Assembly (NCBI RefSeq): GCF_009914755.1
Contig: NC_060936.1
Reading direction: 5' to 3' (one strand)
From: the human T2T-CHM13v2.0 reference genome, Homo sapiens
DNA length: 64,000 bases
Made by a program: the position numbers and the translations under genes. The notes under the pieces were generated by a model. That model did not search any database. It saw only the letters and a list, made by a program, of their open reading frames with translations, and was not told the DNA's origin. The stretch's first letter is position 1. Every line of letters begins with the position of its first letter. This document shows, piece by piece, positions 43,729 through 63,946 of the stretch.

Positions 43729-44043
43729 CAGGGCTCCCCAAGCCCCGGGCCGTGGACCAGTACCAGTCCAGTGGCCTGCTGGGAACTGCTCCACACAGTG
43801 GGAGGTGAGTAGCAGGCAAGGGAGCGTTACCGCCTGACCTCTGCCTCCTGTCAGATCAGCCGTGGCATTCGAGTCTTTTAGGAGCGCAAACTCTATTTTG
43901 AACTGCAGGCGTGTCAGGGATCTAGGTTGTGCGCTCCTTATGAGAAGCTAATGCCTTTCATCCTGAAACAATCAGTTCTCCCCATGGAAAAATTGTCTTC
44001 CACGAAACAGGTCCCTGGTGCCAAAAAGGTTGGGGACCTTTGC
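43729..44043 (+). mobile_element. MER1B-like hAT-Charlie DNA transposon
   Basis: caggg.tccccaa.cccc.ggcc.tggacc.gtacc ... gtgccaaaaaggttggggacc termini. Confidence 0.8.
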
Positions 44044-44384
44044 CTCAGGCAATGAGGTCCCCAGTGATGGTGGATGCATGCAAATCGGTAAGACAGGCCT
44101 TGTTTCGGGCGGTCGGAGAATTGAAGAATTGCCTGGCTCTGGCCTGGAAGAGTTCCCAATCAGAATTCCAAAAAAAAAAAAAAAAAGTTCTTCTGGGTCT
44201 GCATGTTCACGGGTCATGAAGACAAATGAGGCTTATTTGCACAGAATGCAGATGAAAGAATTGGGTTTTGAGGATCAGTGAGATTTAAGTGGGAGGCCAC
44301 CTTTTGAGGAGAAGCAACCCCTTCCAAGATAAATCCATCTTATACAATTGTTGTCCTCCTGAACTTTACAGTTACCTCAGGGGT

Positions 44385-44927
44385 TGTGGCAGTTAAAGAA
44401 AAACGGCTGCACAATTTTTGACACTTCTTTTGGTGAGGGGCATGTCTATATCCCCTCCCCACCAATCTAGGTGGGCTGGTGTCTGGTTTGTTCTATAAAG
44501 TATAGCGGAGGTGACGCTCAGTGACTTACGGGCTGGACCAGGAAAACCAGGTAGCTCTGCCTGGTTCTTTTGGGGATGCTCACTGGCAGGAGCCTGCTAC
44601 CATTTAAGAAGTCTCATACCCGGGGCACCATGCTGGAAAAGCCACGTGGAGGTGCTGTGGCCAGAAGTCCCAGCAGAGCCCAGTCTTCCAGCCATCCCCA
44701 CCAAGATACCAGGCATATGAATGGAGCCATCTTTCAGCCTCCAGATCGGCCATCTGCCAGCTGAATATCATTGAGTAACCTCAGTTGACACCTCGTGGAA
44801 CAGAAGAATCACCCAGTCAAGCCCTGACTGAATTCCTGACCCATAGAATCTGTGAAATATAATAAGATCACTTCTGTTGTATGCTACTAAATTTTTGGAT
44901 AGTTGTACAGCAGTAGTAACTGGAACA
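44385..44927 (+). mobile_element. MLT1G/H-like LTR
   Basis: tgtggcag...cagcagtagtaactggaaca. Confidence 0.65.
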
Positions 44928-47769
44928 AGGGATTTGGTGATGTAAATACAAGAAGAAGGTCGAGTACAGCCACAGGGAAGCTGAGGACAGCAGGAGCCTG
45001 CTCTATCTAAAGGCCATGGATGTTAATGGGAGGCACAAGTGTGAGAGGACTGACCCTGGATCCAACAGTCTGGGTTCAAGTCCTGGCTCAGCCAGCTGGG
45101 TCATACTGCAAGTTTTTCGACCACTCAGGGCCTCACCTCTTCCATCTGTAAAATGGGACTAGCCATGAATGGCAAACTTAGCAACAGGGGACAGACGTCT
45201 CAACCCAATGGCCAAGGGTTCAAATCCAGCCCTCAGCTGTATCTTGCTTGCTTCTCACAATCACTGTTTATTTGGATCCAATGCCAATTTAGAAATTGGG
45301 AGATTTCACAGCTTCTCTTGGAATAAAAGGGAAGATCAGGCAAGGCTGGGCCCACATTCCTTGGGTCCCCGATTGCCAGGTCAAAGTGGCTAACATGGAA
45401 TGACCACCAGCATGGCTGGGCCCTGTTCTAAGGGCTACATGTGCATTGATTCATCAGCCCTCAGACCGCCCTGCGGGGTCTGCATCATCGTCATCCCCAG
45501 GCTCTGCCAGAAGGGCCTCCCTGGGTCAATGATTAGATCCAGAGAGCAATGAGGCCACCTCAGTGGGCACCACAGTGGGGAGGTGATAGTGAGAACAGGT
45601 CCCCTCCATCTCCTGCTATGGCGAGACACACTCCTGCCCAAATTTAGGCACAACGCTGGGGAAAGAAGGGAAGTCTCACCCATGGCAGATTCACCTCGTA
45701 TCCCTACGAGAGTGGGAGTTCATAACAGATTAACTTGGGCTACTAAAAAATAGTCATGTTTCTGCAAAGTCTACAGTGTGGGCGGAGCAGAGTGGAAACC
45801 ACTCCTTGAGCAAACCCTCAGGTTCTCTTAGGCTGTCCTGAGACTCGTTAACTCACCCAAGTATACCGAAAGAAGATGCTTTTATGATCTCTGTTTTTAC
45901 AGGATGGAAACTGAGGTGCAGAGAGTTTGACCCACCCAGCGTCAGCCAGCCAACAGTAGTGGATTGGGGACTGAAGCCCGGGCAGCCTGGCTGCAGACTC
46001 CTTGAGCAGTGTGCTGTGCCACCTGTCTACGTCAATGGCCCATTTCCTTGAAAAATATCTTGGGAGAGCAGAGACGGTGCCCTTCTATGGTCCATCAGAG
46101 GCTGCAGGTAGGATGGAAACCTTGAGTGGCCTGGGGCAGGAGTCCCTGGCCTGCAGGCAAGCAGTGCTGAAGGACTGCTGGTGGGAACTGGCACTTGAAA
46201 GAAGGCATTTGAAGAGGGAGGTGGTGGGCGCTCATGTCTCACCCAGGCTGGGGTGGAGGGAAATGCAGTTTTGGTAATGACTCCTGGGTCCCCTCTGTGC
46301 CTGTTGCTAAAGTTTTTTGTCAGCCTGGGCTGTCTGGTGGCTGAAGGATATGGCTCCTATTGTGTCGTCTGCCGATCTGTCCTTTTGCAACAGGGCCCGA
46401 GACCACTGGCTTCAGGGGCTGGAGTCACAATTGTGTGGGCTTTGGGCTGGGTTCTGCTGAGCCGTTAGGGCTTAGCCACTTGGTGCCAATAATAGCTAAC
46501 ATTGCTCAAGTACATACCATATGCTTGGCACTGTTCCGGGGCCACGATCCTGACTATAACCCTAGGAGGTAGGTGTCATCATTATCCCTATTTTGAAGAT
46601 GGGGAATAAGGCTCAAGTTAAAGGAACTTGCCCAAGATCCCATGGGCTAGGGCCAGCCCTTTTGGAAAGAGCTCCCAAGAAGGATAGAGAACTCCCTCTT
46701 TTGATAACCCTGTTTCTCGTGGTCCTTTCTTTGGGTACTTCCTGAATATCTAGATTGATTAAAAGAAATCATACCCCAGTGAAGAAGATCAATTACATGT
46801 ACGTTTTCCAAGCGCTTTGACGTCACAAACTCTCATATGCTTGAGCCTCTAATTAGATTTGGAGTGAGAATCATTTCATGTGTCATGAAATTTTAAAAGA
46901 CAACGTTCCATGAATGGTACTTCCCATTATTCCAGCTTGATTGAAATTGTGTGTTTCTAAAAAGATGCTATTTATACTCTTAAGACAATGGAGCTTTCAA
47001 AAGGATTCTGACTCTTAAGTCTTCTTATGTGATTTCTAGGGAAGTGGAAATTTTCAAATTTTCTTAATGAATGTGTCTTTGTGGCTTTCCTTCTTTTCGT
47101 TCTTTCTTTCTTTAAATAACCTGACTTGACAGTGTTTCTCTCCCCCTTGATGGGAACCTCAGGTTCTTGCCAAAGTATGTATCACATAATTGCTTTCATG
47201 TTCAGACGCGGCAAGAGTGCGTTGTAAATGACCGTGACACAGATGTGACAATTCTATTAGGCCTGGGTTCTTACATGATTGACCTTGCAAATTGAATTCA
47301 GGGAAGGCAGCACTTCTGTCTGGCTGCTAGATTTCTTGTTCCCAGTTTGGGGAGAGGCCTGGGGAGGTGTGGGCTGGGATTTCCGTGCCCAGGCAGCCAC
47401 CCAGGCTTGTCCTGTGCTGCATCCCTCCTTTCCATCTTGGCGTCTTCCTCAGCTCTCCAAACAGAAGGCAGCGGCCCATGATTGATGGGCTCCTGCCCGC
47501 TGGGGCATTATTAGCCACTCTGTCAAGGTGACAGTGTCATTTTTAATGTTCCATCTTCAGACTCGAGGTTTATTTTTAGGTAGAGAGTTAGCCAGCCTTG
47601 CCAGAGATAGAACCACTAAAAGTTTAGGGCATGGTTCTTGACCCTGGCTGCTGGGGAGCTTGCAACAATACCAGTTCTCATGAGGGTACCTTCTGGGGTG
47701 CAGGAAATGTTAGATGTCTTTATCCACGTGGTGGTTACTTGAGTTCATATATGTGTACCAAACAGCTGG

Positions 47770-48562
47770 GCTTTGGTGAGGGTGTGGAGAAACTGGAACC
47801 CTGGTGTCTTGCTGGTGGGAATGTAAATTGGGGCAGCTGCTGTGGAAACACGCTGGTGGTTCCTCAAAAAGTTAAACTTATAATTACCCAGTGAGCCAGG
47901 AATTGCACTTCTAGGTATATACCCAAAAGAACTGAAAGCCAGGACACAAACAGATGCTTGTATGCTAATGTTTGTAGCAGCGTTATTCACAATCACCAAA
48001 AGGCAGAGACAGCCCAAGCTTTTGTCACTGATGAATGATAAACAAAATGTGTTCTATCCCTGCAATAGAATATTGTAGAAGATAGAAGAACTTCATTCCT
48101 TTTTATGGCTGAATAATATTCTATTGTAGGGATAGAACACATTTTATTTCATAATATTATATGAAAAGGAATGAATATTATTTCATAATATTATGTGAAA
48201 AGGAATGAAGTTCTGACACTATAGTGTACATGAACTTTGAACACATTATCGTAAGTGACAGAACATCAGTCACAAAATGACAAATACTGTATGATTCCAT
48301 TTCTATGAAGTACCTAGAATAGTCAAATTCATAGGGACAGAAAGTAGACCAGAGCTTATTCAGGGACGGGGAGGGAGAAGGAATGGGGAGAGCATGTTTA
48401 ATGGGTACATAGTTTTTGTTTAGGATGATGAAAAGGTTCTAGAAATGGATGGTGGTGACTTTTGCGTAACACTGTGAATGTACTTAATGCCACTGAACCG
48501 TACACTTAAAAATGGGTAAAGTGGCAAGTTTTATGTTATGTATATTTTACTGTAATAAAAAT
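47770..48562 (+). mobile_element. L1MA/MB 3' end
   Basis: gagaaactggaaccct...ctaggtatatacccaaaagaa...tgtacttaatgccactgaa. Confidence 0.85.
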
Positions 48563-48663
48563 ATTTGAGATGTATAGTTAAAATTTTTGCTATGGACTAT
48601 AAATGTATGTTATACCTGAATTGTAAAATACCGATTTCCAGGCCCTACTCCCAGGGATTCTGA

Positions 48664-48897
48664 TTTTTTTTTATTTTTTAGGCAGAGCCTCACTTTGTCG
48701 CTCAGGCTGGAGTGCAGTGCTGCGATATTGGCTCACTGCAACCCTCTGCCTCCCAGGTTCAAGTGATTCTTATGCCTCAGTCTCCCGAGTAGCTGGGATT
48801 ACAGGCACGCACCAACATGCCTGGCTAATTTTTGTGTTTTTAGTCAAGACGGGGTCTCACCATGTTGCCCAGGCTTGTCTCAGACTCCTGACTTCAG
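48664..48897 (-). mobile_element. Truncated Alu, probably inside a MER5A-like element
   Basis: Antisense Alu body; flanks ggccctactccca..gattctgat. Confidence 0.75.
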
Positions 48898-49579
48898 CTG
48901 ATGATTTGAATAGTTTGGGGAAAAGTCTAGGCATCAGTATCTTTAAAAACTTACCATGAGGAATTTATAGTTGAGGAAAAGGGGCAAAACTTAGGCATGC
49001 AGACCCCTCAAGAATAAGAATTGTGGAATCAAGGCTAGGCCCTGTGTTCTATGAAGGCCAATGAGTTGTGAGTGGAAGGGACGTGTCATTTCTAGGCCAC
49101 AGCACTTAATTGCTGATGTAAGAGTCTCCAAAGCTCTCTTTTCCCTTTGGTAATGTTTGACATGGGAGCTGCCCTGTCCACCTGGTCCTGAGTGATACAG
49201 GTTCTGACATTGGGCCTGGAATGATGAATGGGATTGAAGGATTACAGGAATTGAATGATCCTATGTAACCTCATAAGTGGGGCAACAGTATCAAGGAAAC
49301 TCGTACATGGGGAAAGCTTTGTGAGTTTCTTGGCCTTTTCCTCATGGTCACAAGATGGCTGCTGCAGCCCCGGCACCACATCCTCACATACTTAAAGCAA
49401 TGAGGCGGCCAGTGCAGTGAGAATTCTCTTTGAAGCCCATTCTTATTTTACCAGAGGAAAATTTATCCCCAGAAAGATCCTCAGCAGCCTTCTCCTCCAT
49501 TTCATTGGCTAGAACTGTGTCTCTTGGCCACCACTAGCTCTAGGGGAAACTGGGAAGCAGGTATCTGTATTCCTTTCCT

Positions 49580-50632
<1,053 letters not shown>

Positions 50633-51521
50633 AGGTATTGAATTTTTTACCTCGATTGTGGGAATGGCTGTTGGGTTGCCAGCTGCAGAGTCTGCTCTAC
50701 TCTTGCTGATCTGAGTGTGGGACCTGTGGTTCCTCTATTATTGTTCATCTTGAGTGGCAGGGAAGAAGGTCTTCAGGAAGCAGCAGGTTCAATATTCTCT
50801 TTTTAGCTACACTTTCTAAGAACCTCCGGGTGTCAGTCTCCCAGACAAGGCCCCACAGAATATAGACAGTAATGGATAGCACTGTCTACCCTCAGTGAAC
50901 TTCCTGCCCAACAGGAGGGAAGGAACAAGTATTTCTTGTTCACCTACTGCCTGCCAAGCGTCGCGTTAGCCACTCACATCCACCATCTCCTTCAAGTTAG
51001 TGTATCGGCTCTAGGAGTCCAGTGCTGTTACCTGGGTAATGATTTGCAGGGCTTTCTTCCTTTCAAACCAGAGGAACCATTCATAGCTTTCTCCAGTTCC
51101 TGGGTCTGCCTCACTTCACCTCACTTGAGTACAGCTTTTTTAAAAAAAGAATCTGAAAATTTTTTTTATATCAAGTGTTTCAAGGACCTAATTATGAACT
51201 TCATTATAAGTGTTCATTAGTTATACTTTGTTCAATTACTTCAACAAGTTGCCAAATGGAACACAAAGCTGGCAATTATCATTATGTAATTGTAATGAGA
51301 CACTCAAACGGGGTTATAGAACGTTGTCTTTGCTGGCGTATTTTTCCTTCAGAGGAAGACAAACCAAAGGCAGCGGCTGGGCCTAGTTCTGCTCACTGAC
51401 TCCTTCCAAGCTGTGCGGGGTGTAAAGAAGCCTCCTTTGATGTACAAAGGTCAAGTCTGGAAAAACGAAAACGTTTAAGTATGGTACTCAAAATGTTTTA
51501 GATGATGAGTATTATATCTCA

Positions 51522-51563
51522 TAATATTATAAATATAAACATAAATATAAATATAAATATAAA
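51522..51563. repeat. (ATAAAT)n simple repeat
   Basis: Direct; source of the INININ ORF. Confidence 0.9.
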
Positions 51564-52578
51564 TTTACCGGACCTCGCTGTGATAGCTGCCGTCAGATTC
51601 ATGTCAGGGGCTGAAGGCTTTTCTTCCCAGTTCTGCTTCCTCCACCTTTTATCTTTCACAGGAATCACCCCCAATATCCCTTGTCCTCCTGGCCTCCTCT
51701 CAGGGCCTGCTTTTCAGCAACCCAAGAACACTCCAGGGGCATTTTTCAAGAAGCTGGCCTTCTCAGAACCAAGGGTTCCAGCAAAACTCCCAGGCCTGAC
51801 TCTCATTGGTGGAAATTAGGGTACCCAGCTTGTCCCAAACCCTCCCTGTGAATCTGATTGGCTAGGCTTGGGTCATGTGACCACTCATGGTCGGGAGCAT
51901 CCCTTTTCAACAACATCCCTTTGTAGTTCACCAAAGGAGAGCTGCCTCCTCCTCTCAGCAGGGAAGGGAACGGCTGCTGTGCAGGCAGAAACTGTGGCTC
52001 CGCCTTGGCCCCCTTGGCAGGCTGTGAATGCAGAAGGCCTGGCTCTTAGCCAGCTTGTCACATCACCTTTTGGGACTCAGTGTCCGTGTCTAGAAAATGG
52101 GGGCACATGGCAAATGGATTCCTGCCCTGGTTCTTCATGGGGCCTTTGTGAGCAGCCTGGGAATAGCCTGCTGAGGCATGGCTCTGGGAGGGGACTCTGT
52201 CACAGCGCTCTTCCTGCTCTGGGTCTGACCAGGCTGGAGGAAGGACTTGCTAACTGTCCCAGCCATGGCCGTGTGTGTGTGTGTGTTGGGGGGTGGGTAG
52301 GGATGGGGATGGGGGGAGGTGAGAGGGAAAGGGGTTCACCTCCTTGCACTAGAACCTTCTGCCTTCCTCCAAAGGCCCCCGATTCAAGGCCAGCTTCCAA
52401 TGAGGGAGGCGGAAACATGTGCTTCACAGAGGCTCCTCTGGAAACCATGGTGACAGCCCCAAATGTGATTTAGTGACACCCTTCTGTTGTCTTAGGTCAC
52501 CCGCCAGAAATGCCAAGCTGAGGAAGGAGCAGGGGAAGCTGTTGAAGCAAATTGTGCATAATTAGGACTGTTGTCTCC

Positions 52579-52917
52579 TGCTATGGTCTGAAGATTCATA
52601 TGTGGAAACCTAATCCCTACCTTGGGGATAGTAAGAGGTGGGGCCTTTGGGAGCTGACGAGGTCATGAGGGCCCCACTGTCATGATTGGGATTAGTGCCC
52701 TCATAAAGGAGGCCCAAGGGAGCTTGTTCACCCCTTCCAACAAGCGAAGATGATGCAAGAAGGGGCCACATGTGATGCAGAGGGTGGGCCCTCATGGAAT
52801 CTGCTGGCACATTGACCTTGGACTGCCCAGCCTCCAGAACTGTGAGCGATAAATTTCTATTGCTTATAAACGACCCACTAAGGCATTTTGTTGTGGCGTC
52901 CTGAATAGACTAACACA
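52579..52917 (+). mobile_element. MLT1A-like solo LTR
   Basis: TGCTATGGTCTGAA...GACTAACACA; 5-bp TSD TCTCC. Confidence 0.85.
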
Positions 52918-53239
52918 TCTCCCAAGGGAGAGTTCTTCCTTTAAACTTTTGTTTTTTTGGTTTTTTAAAAACAATATTTTAAAATTCAGTTTCTGTATAG
53001 TATTCCATTGTATGAATCTTGTGTAATTTATGCCCCTCCCTTATTAATGGACATTTGCGTTGTTCCTCATTCTTGTTCACCTTTGACACCTTAATAGGAG
53101 GGCCCCGCCTTCCTTTGCAAGGCTGGGCATGGTGGCTGGGAGAGAGGGAAGCACAGCCGTGGCTTTATCTGTCCCAGGAACTTTGTCCCAGGGTGCCCTG
53201 ACACATCCCATCTCTCCTTGTCACGGGGTGTCCTCGACA

Positions 53240-53790
53240 CTGTCTGTCTCTCTTACAGTCCTTGCTACTCAGTTTCTCTCCTTACAACTCTCTCTTGCTC
53301 ACTCTCAATCTCTTTCGTTGTCTTTTTGTCTCTCTCTCCCCCTTTCCTCTGTTTCTCTTTCTCACTCTTCTCTGTCTCTCTCTGTCTATCTCTCTCTCCT
53401 CTTTGATTTCCCTTTTCTTTTTCTTTTCTTTTTTTTTTTTTTTTTTGAGACAGAGTCTTGCTCTGTCGCCCAGGTTGGAGTGCAGTGGCATGATCTCGGC
53501 TCACTGCAAGCTCCGCCTCCTGGGTTCACGCCATTCTCCTCCTGATTTCCCTTTTCTATAAGTCTCTCTCTGTTTTTCTATTGCTGTCTCTATTTCTCAC
53601 TATCTCTTTGTCTTTTTCTCCCTTCCCCTCTTTCTATGTCTCTCCCTTTCTTTCCCTGTTTCTCTTTGTTTTTCTATTTCTCTCTCTCTGTCTCTCTATT
53701 TCTGTCTGTCTCTATTTCTCTCTGTGTCTGCTCTGTCTTTCTCTGTCTCTCCCTCCCTCCCTCTCTGTTGATCTCTGCTCACAGCTCTCC
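53240..53790. repeat. CT-rich low-complexity tract containing a 5'-truncated antisense AluY (~53419-53542)
   Basis: TSD TGATTTCCCTTTTCT flanks a ~100-bp right-arm fragment. Confidence 0.85.
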
Positions 53791-54815
53791 TAACAGCATC
53801 CATCTGGGCTCCATGCTGTTCGTGTGAGCCTCTTCCAGATGGTAGGATGGATTTGAGTTGATAGCGTGGTGTGCTAATGACACAGAGCTAATTCTTAATA
53901 ATGGTGAAATGTGATAAAAAAAAGAAAACCCTCATCTGGGTCAGCTCAATACCTGGCCATAATGGCACTATCTGCAGCAGTCCTGGCCACTGTCACCTGA
54001 ACAGATGTGATTGTACTAGGGCTGGGTAGACCTGCAGCCTTGTTCCCCTCCTGGTGTGGCTTCAGAGTTTGGAAAGTCAGGGTTATTCGAATCCAGGGCT
54101 GGAGAGCTGCAAAGACCAGAATCCCTCCCACAGAAGCTCGAGTCACAAGGGAGCTTATTGTAAGTGCCACAGCCACAGATCTGGGTTCACAGACACAGGT
54201 GTGCATCAAATGGGACCCATCAGTTGGGATACCTGGGTGTGAGCAACAAAGGCGGACTCCAGCTGACTCAAGTGGAAAAGGAATTGATTGAAACAACACC
54301 TGGAGAGCTCGCAGAGTTGTTGAGAAACTGCAAAAATAGACTCCAAAGAAGACGTGCAGACAAAGGGAAGCATGCCACGGAATTCGCCTGATGAGGCCGT
54401 CGCTACCACTGCTGCCGGGCAATGGGCGACAGAGCCAGAGAACATCAGAGCTGATCATCACCGCCGCCCTGCTGTCCCTGGATATTCGACATTGTTGCTG
54501 ACACCGGAATAGCTTCTCCCTGTCTCTGCTTCTTCAGATCAATTGCTCCAGATTCCAAGTCTGGTTGGCCGAGCTCTGTCACAAGCTAATACCCTCATTG
54601 GAGGGGTGGCAAGGCATTAAGTGCGTGGATGCTGGAGCCAGACTGGGTTTGAATCCAGGCTCTGCCACATATCTGTGTGAGCCTGGACGCCATGCATGCC
54701 TCGGCTTGCTCATCTACAAAACGGGGATAGTGTAGTCATGCCTACCTCTGTGGGGGGAGGGGGCTATGTGAACTAAATAACAGAATATATGTGAAGCGTG
54801 TAGAAGAGGTGATGA

Positions 54816-55150
<335 letters not shown>

Positions 55151-55588
55151 TACCATTATTATTTTAAAATTATTTGGCATTTATTGTGCGAGGCAGCTGC
55201 TGTGTCTCATGAAGACTCAGACAGTGGGGGATTCTCCAAACGTACGGAGGGGGACACACAAGACAGGTGTCTACCGCAGCAATTCCCGTTCCTTTTTCTA
55301 CCACTCAGATTTATTTCTATTTTGAGCCCTGATTCCTCCGTGATTTCAAAAAATCCCAGTCAATCTGGAGTCCTATACCTGTTCCCTAGTGTTGTATTTA
55401 AAAGATTAAATTGGAACGTCTTGAAGCAGAGCGTTCACTCTCCAGTTTACTGCAGTCTAGTCCACTCCCTATTGCCCTGCACCGGCCCCATTTCACTCAC
55501 ATATGGCAGTTAGCCTGATTCCCATGGACATTTCATTTTATGATTCCAGAACCTAAGAGCTAGGGTCTTTGAAAAACAAAAAGAAGAA

Positions 55589-60180
<4,592 letters not shown>

Positions 60181-60344
60181 AAGAAGGACCCAAGAGGCTG
60201 GGAGGAGAGGTTTGGGGAGAGTTTGGAGAAATTAGAGGAGGTATGGAGTGTGAAGGACATGGATCAGGGAGGGGAGGAGAATTTTAAGAAATATTTCTGT
60301 GGACCATGTGTTGCCTTTATAGCATTCAAGAAATGCAAATAAGG

Positions 60345-60843
<499 letters not shown>

Positions 60844-60905
60844 TTATATTATGGGTTCTTGTCTCTCTGTAAGTTGCATTGGAAATTTGGAAGTCCAGGT
60901 TTTAG

Positions 60906-61204
60906 TATTTATTTATTTATTGAGACGAAATCTTGCTCTGCCACCCAGGCTGGGGTGCAGTGGCATGATATAGCTCACAGCAGCCTTAACCTCTTGGGCT
61001 CAAGTGATCCTTCTGCCTCAGCCTCATAGGTAGCTGGGACCACAAGCATGCACCATCATGCCCAGCTAATTTTTATATATTTTTTGTAAAGATGGGGTCT
61101 CACTATATTGTCCAGACTGGTCTTGAATTCCTGGGCTCAAGTTTTCCTCCCACCTTGGCCTCCCAAAGTGCCGGGATAACAGGCGTGAATGCCTGTGCCT
61201 GGCC
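60906..61204 (-). mobile_element. AluJ
   Basis: TSD CCAGGTTTT(T)AGT. Confidence 0.9.
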
Positions 61205-62307
61205 CAGGTTTTAGTTCTGAGTTTCAAGTTTCATTGCATGGTGTGATGCTGGGGCAGGTCACTTAATCTCTCTGAATCTCAGATTTTTTGCCTAACGTGG
61301 GGGATATAAAGTCTGCCCATGCAAACTCTCAGGGGATATTGCCATGATGAGGTTGGATAATGGGTATGCAATTGCTTTGGGCAAAAGACAGTTTTCATTC
61401 ACTTAAGCGAAGCTGTTTGTACCCATACAGTCAGCATATTAGCAAGAAATGTTTTTGCTTGCAAACACCAGGAAACCCCACCACTGTGGAGTAGTTAGGA
61501 TTTATTTTTCTCATATACCAAGAATTCTAGAGGTGGTTATTTATGGGTAATGATAAAGCTGCTTAGTGACATAAGGACCAAAAATCTCTGTGATTCTCTT
61601 GCCCTTCTCCTCATGGTCACAAAATGATTGCTGTGACTCCAGCCATCAAGGCTACATTTAAGCAGGAAAAAGGGATAGGTCCTGGTCAGGCACCGCTGTT
61701 CTTTTTTTAGGTAGCCTTGCTGGCTGTCTGCCAGGGCTGCTTTTAGCTCCTAGAGGCCCCCTACGTGTCTTCTCATTGGGCTCCTCCATCTTCAGAGCCA
61801 GCAGCAGAGATCCCCAGATGATCTCCAGACTGTTTTATTTCATCTCACGGGACAGAAGTAGAACTGCAAGAGAGTCTGCGGCAGGGGGTATTTAGCTTTC
61901 CCACCCCTTCTAGAGCGAGGAGGCAAGGGAGAAAGAAAGAAGTTGGGAACGGGTGTTGGATTAGACAGCTGACAGTGTCGGGAATAGCTGGCAAGTTCTA
62001 GATGGCAGCAGCTGAGACTGTTGGGATGGCGGGGAAGCAGCCGCTGGAGGATTTTGACTCCCACCCTTGTAACTGCTGCTCCTGTGTATCTGAGCCCTTT
62101 CATGGGGCCTGGCTGCATCTGAATAGCGAACATTTCACTTCGGAGGTGGAATTATATTAAAAATCAGATGCTTGTCATTATGCAAATGGATGTCTCACTA
62201 TTGCTTAGGATTTTCATTTTTCTATGAATTATTCCTTTTTTCAGTGCTTTTTTTATTCCCCATGGAAGAAATAAAAACAACCACTGGCTGATCAAAGGAA
62301 TTTTCCA

Positions 62308-62810
62308 GTCATTCAGTCAACAGATATTTCCTGAGTGTCTGTGCTGGGCCAGGAACTGTTCTAGTCTCAGGGAAATAGTGATGAAAAGACAGTTTCTGCA
62401 GCAGTAGAGCTTGTATTCCAGGGGAGGAAATAAGCCATCAAGTGAATTAATAAATCAAATAACTTAGGAGAATGACACATGCTATAAAGACAGTAAAACA
62501 TGGTAGATCACTAGCTTCATGGGTGGGAGGTCTTCTTTAAATGGGGTGGTCAGACAAGGTCTCAGAGGAGGCAGTATTTCAGGAGAAGCCTTAAAGGTGA
62601 GAGGAAGCTAGCCATGCAGCGATCTGGGGGAAGGGTGTTCTGGGCAGAGGGAACAGCGAGTGCAAAGGCCCTGATGTGGGAACAGCATAGTATGTTTGGG
62701 GAAGAGAAGGATATCCAGGAGGCTCCAGCACAAAGAGAGAGGACAGAACAACAGGAGATGAGGTTGGAGATGGGTGGGGCAAATGACACAGGGCTTTGGA
62801 GAGGCGATTG
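62308..62810 (-). mobile_element. L2 fragment
   Basis: cattcagtcaacagatatt...tgggcagagggaacagc. Confidence 0.7.
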
Positions 62811-62865
62811 GGTTAAAGATTCTGTCTGCTGGGGCTGGTTTGTTGGCTTGGGCCATTGAAACTTA

Positions 62866-63163
<298 letters not shown>

Positions 63164-63377
63164 ACAGCCTGTTAGGCCATTGTCCTGGCATTACCTCCCT
63201 CTCACATTATCTTGTGAATTATTGTGTCCATTGTGTATTTCTTGCCCATTGTCCATTTTCCTAATTTGAATGTAAGCTCCATGTAGAAGGAGTCTTGTCT
63301 GTCTTGCTCATGGCTATGTCTCCAGCACCTAACACGGCCTGGCATATAGTAGGTGCTCAAAGATATTTAATGAATAT

Positions 63378-63946
63378 GTATTTGTTTTCTGTTGCTATGT
63401 AACAAGTTACTCCAAACTTAGCAGCTGAAAACAAAACCCACTTATGAGTTCCCAGTTCTGTAGATAGGGAGTCCAGGCATGGCATTGGCAGGGTGTTCTG
63501 CTCAGGGTCTCACGAGGCTGTAATTAAGGGGTTGGCTGGGCTGTGTCCTCATCTGGAGCTTGGGACCCTCTGCTAAGCTCGTGTAGTTGTGTCATGTGGG
63601 GGTTGAGTTTCTGTGGTGGTCATACTGGGGTCCCCATTTCCTTGCTGGCTGTCTGCCAGGGCTGCTTTTAGCTCCTACAGGCCCCCACATGTCTCCTCCT
63701 TGGCCTCCCCCATCTTCAAAGCCAGCAGCAGAGAATCTCCCTCAATTTGAATCTCTCACACCTCAAATTGCTGACTTCAGAAAGAGTCCAGTCTCTTTTA
63801 AGGGGTCACTCAGGCTAATTTCCCTTTCTCAGGGTCAACTGCACCCTATGACAACCTAATTACAGGTGTAAAATTCATCATATTCACAGCCCCCTGGGGA
63901 TTAGACAGGGCAGGAATCTTAGGGGCTGCCCTAGAACTCTGCCTAC
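63378..63946 (-). mobile_element. MLT1 (D/E-like) LTR
   Basis: tgctatgtaacaagttactccaaacttagc...tagaactctgcctac. Confidence 0.75.

Noticed and set aside
51868-52473. 201-aa ORF downstream of AACS
   Set aside because: Non-ATG start, runs through GT/G-rich simple sequence, no recognisable domain or splice structure.
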